64,000 bases of DNA from Anthoceros angustus (taxonomy: Eukaryota; Plantae; Anthocerotophyta). A program made the translations under genes and the position numbers. Under the pieces are notes generated by a model. That model worked only from the letters and a program-made list of their open reading frames with translations. It was not told the origin of the DNA and did not search any database. Below are positions 60,986 through 64,000 of the stretch, in pieces (position 1 is the first letter of the stretch; each line of letters starts with the position of its first letter). Location of the stretch: positions 62,001 through 126,000 of the forward strand of contig MU008150.1 of assembly GCA_010909165.1 (NCBI GenBank), in the 5' to 3' direction.

Positions 60986-62214
60986 ATGTCTGCAGCCACA
61001 GGATGGGTGTGTGCGCCGCCCACCTGGGGGACACGGCTTATCCGGGCTCCCTCATTCCGGGGCCACTGCCCTGGCCCTCACCCTGTTTGCTGTAGCTTGA
61101 AGGTTAGGTGCGAGGGAGATGGAACCCCGCCCTCGCAGGAGCAGACTGTGGTGCGGAAAAAGGTGCTGCGCCGCACCTCAGCTCCTGCTCCTGCATCCTC
61201 TGCCTCTGCCGAAGCTGGAGACTCAGCACCATCTCCGCTGAGAACGGTTGGCGTGGAGGAGGAAGGGGTGTCCTGGGAAGGTGTTGCCAAGGTGGACAGA
61301 GCACGAGCTGAAGACGAAACCAACTGGGGGTAGATTTTTGTGTCATGGCCGATTTGGCTGCTATGGGTGGACTCTCTGTGACGGTGAAATGGTGTGGGAA
61401 CGGTGGCATGTGCAGTCGCGTTGCAGCGTTGGCGGCGGGTGACATTACTGCCCTGTTGCTCTTCTCAGGAGTAGGACGGCTCAGCCACGGTCTGCCCCTT
61501 GATTGGGAAATTGTACGAACAGCAGATCCCTTTATTGCAGGTGCATTCTTTCACATGGTGCCTTCAGAGAGAGATGCGTCATGTGCTGTAGCATCAGCTG
61601 GGTCCTAACTTCGCGCCCTGTACATCTGCAAATCCTTTTCGCAGGCTGGCTTTTAGGATCGTACTTCGTGGGTGGCTATGGCCCAGAAGGCCAAGGTGAA
61701 CAAGGCCTTTCGTCTGCAAGTCTCTCTGCTGCTAAGTCTTGGGCTGTGGGGGTCCCTGTAAGTATAACTGCAATTCTGACGCAGCGTTGTGGCTTGGCAA
61801 GCAATCAAATAGACAACAGGCATTTTTGTAGACTACCCTGACACACTGGTATTCCAGCTGGGATTGGCTATCAGGACTTACACCACGGGTCATCCCCCTG
61901 CCCAACCTTTCATTCTAGTCTCCCTCGCCAGCATTCTTGTGCTCCTCACTGGTTGGCGGGCTGCGTTCACAGCGCTTTTTCCAAATGACCAAGCGACTAG
62001 AGTCCAAAAGCAAGGGGATAAGAAGGGGAGCGTGCTCGAGCTTTTCCAGGTTTGCATTCAGCGTCAATCTTCCGTTCGAAATAGCACTAGTTGCGATGTC
62101 GACTTACTTTCATTACCTTCCTCGTGAGATAACACCGATTGCGATATCAACTGACTGCTGTTTTGTCTCTGTTGTCTGATGCAGCTCTTGGGGTCACTAG
62201 TTCGCCGATGGTAA
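60986..62214 (+). CDS. DUF3054-family membrane protein, probably plastid-targeted (5 exons)
   Basis: Transit-like N-terminus, then ALAAGDITALLLFSGVGRLSHG...TADPFIAG|WLLGSYFVGGY...AAKSWAVGVP|LGLAIR...GWRA...KKGSVLELFQ|LLGSLVRRW*. Confidence 0.88.
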
Positions 62215-64000
62215 GCGAGATGTCCTAGGCCGACAGTTGTGTTCGAGCCAGTGACAACATATACTGTTGCGTTACGCGGAATTGCATCCTAGGTTATCTA
62301 GTAGGTAGGTTCCAAAGCTTCATTGGACACGTAGTTCATGAAGTGATGAATCTTCGCCAAACTTTACTTTTGAGAGCACGGAAGGAGAGAAAGTTGAGAA
62401 CTCAACTCATGAGGATGCACGGACAAGTCGAAAAAAGCCCAAAAGGACACGACAATCGGCAGATCAGTGGTCCATCACCAAGACAGTTTCCAATATGGCC
62501 AACTCGAAGAGTTAACACATCGTATACAGAGCAATGAAAAGAACACCCTACGAAGCTCACACAACCTGTTCTGTCCAAACCGCCATTTACTCGGAAATCT
62601 TGCTCCCAAAAGCTCAGTCCAAACCTGCCAATACCATATCCTCCCTCCACAATTAGTGTTTCGAAGTCCTGTCTGGAAGGTCCTATACAAGACGACACTC
62701 CTATTATTTACATGAGCCAGTAGCCCGCCGCTGACCCCAACATCCTGCAGGAAGAAAAATGCAAAACACGATCACCAGCCCTATCAAGTCTTGCCAGATG
62801 ACAGCTCCTGGTTACAGCCACCATAAGTATTGCACACCGTCGTAGCTTCAAAAGTACGTAACAGCTCCAATGCTCTAGACAGAAATTCACATCCTCAATC
62901 TGCTGTAAGATTCTTGTCAACAACCTGACAGAACCTCCGCAGATACATATTCCTCCTGTGTTTGCATGAGAACTCCTTCACTGGGTTTTTTCTTGCACCT
63001 GTTCAAACTCCACCTGAAGCACGCTCTACAACACATTAGTCCTACAGTACCACAACATGACACCCTTGCTGCAAGTGGCAGCATGCACTTCAACAAAAAA
63101 ATTCAAGAACCACACCTCGAGGGACGACTGTACTTTCGTGTGGACTCCTATCTGGGGCAGACTTTTCTCCTGCAAGCGGTCATGATTGCACACAATCTCA
63201 CAACAGAGAGGGCAACCATTAGCTGCTCAGAAGTTAGGACCCATGCGAACCAGCCCAACCAGGAATGATTGGAAAATGGTCAGAGTCCTCAGATCTACAG
63301 GGAAGCCTTCAGCCTTGAATTTACTCTCAGTGGAAAGGAGAGAAAGCAGCGATCCACCATCCTCATTCACGAACCCCAAAAGCTGGATGCAAGAACCACA
63401 AACTCTGTGGCACACTGGCAACACCAATTCCTCGAGGGAGCAGATCTTGAGGCATCACTCAGCCAATATAACCAGAAGGCCAGCCAAGAGGAGCTTGCAA
63501 TTCGTGCTCCTGCAGCCAACAAGCATAATCCTCCCTGAGCCGTAGTGGCTCAGGCCACCCCTCCAATCAGCTGATGCAAACGACTTGGGCAGACCACCCA
63601 CAGGTCCTTGAACAGGTTCACAATAATAATACCCCACTCCCAATCCACGTGAATACTGTTGGAACAGTCAGAGTGCTGCAATTCATGACAGGTGATAAAA
63701 AGGCTACCCATCACAAGCTAGACACTCCACTCCCAGGGAGACAGAACTATATACAATCTACAGACCTAAGTAATACGCTCCCACTATCTGAGAATGGGCA
63801 TACCTAGTTCAAAGCCTGAGGAACCAATACCTGGCGGCACATACTACAAAATGTTTTGACTTCATACTACTCTAATCAGAGAGGGACAGAGACTAGTACT
63901 GAATCAAGGAAGGGCGTCTGCTGGGATAGTAGAACATCCCTGTCATCTGAGGGCAAGTATCCATGACATCAAGACAAGTTCAGGTGATTAGATGTTTGTT

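Overview
Eukaryotic nuclear DNA from a plant. Short introns, compact gene spacing and the PLS-type PPR style suggest a non-seed land plant such as a hornwort (inference, not provable here). No rRNA, tRNA or CRISPR array was found. The first ~20 kb is a nest of transposons. It holds two near-identical ~6 kb segments (1-6.2 kb and 12.3-18.9 kb), non-autonomous TIR elements with 5'-AAC...GTT-3' ends and 4-bp TSDs nested in one another, RTEX-like LINE pieces with (GTT)n tails, the right end of a CACTA element with an ~847-bp tandem array, a decayed beta-class DNA amino-methyltransferase gene, and a (TG)/(AGTGTGTG) satellite. Scattered indels suggest this part is imperfectly polished. From 22 to 42 kb lies a TE-interrupted cluster of secreted-protein genes: a PCC13-62-like desiccation protein plus a deleted duplicate, three STIG1-like Cys-rich repeat genes (two with 17 repeats of 28 aa), and two Snakin/GASA pseudogenes. 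A long RTEX LINE carrying another AAC-TIR element and a Copia remnant interrupt this cluster. From 42 to 62 kb are ordinary genes: a PPR pseudogene, PPL1, a PLS-E+ PPR, CDC6, an MBD10/11-like gene, an alkaline ceramidase and a DUF3054 protein, plus an L1 remnant and tandem repeats. The best novelty candidates are the TE-embedded beta-class methyltransferase, the unclassified AAC/4-bp-TSD transposon family, and the polymerised STIG1 proteins with gene conversion and conserved W-box promoters.
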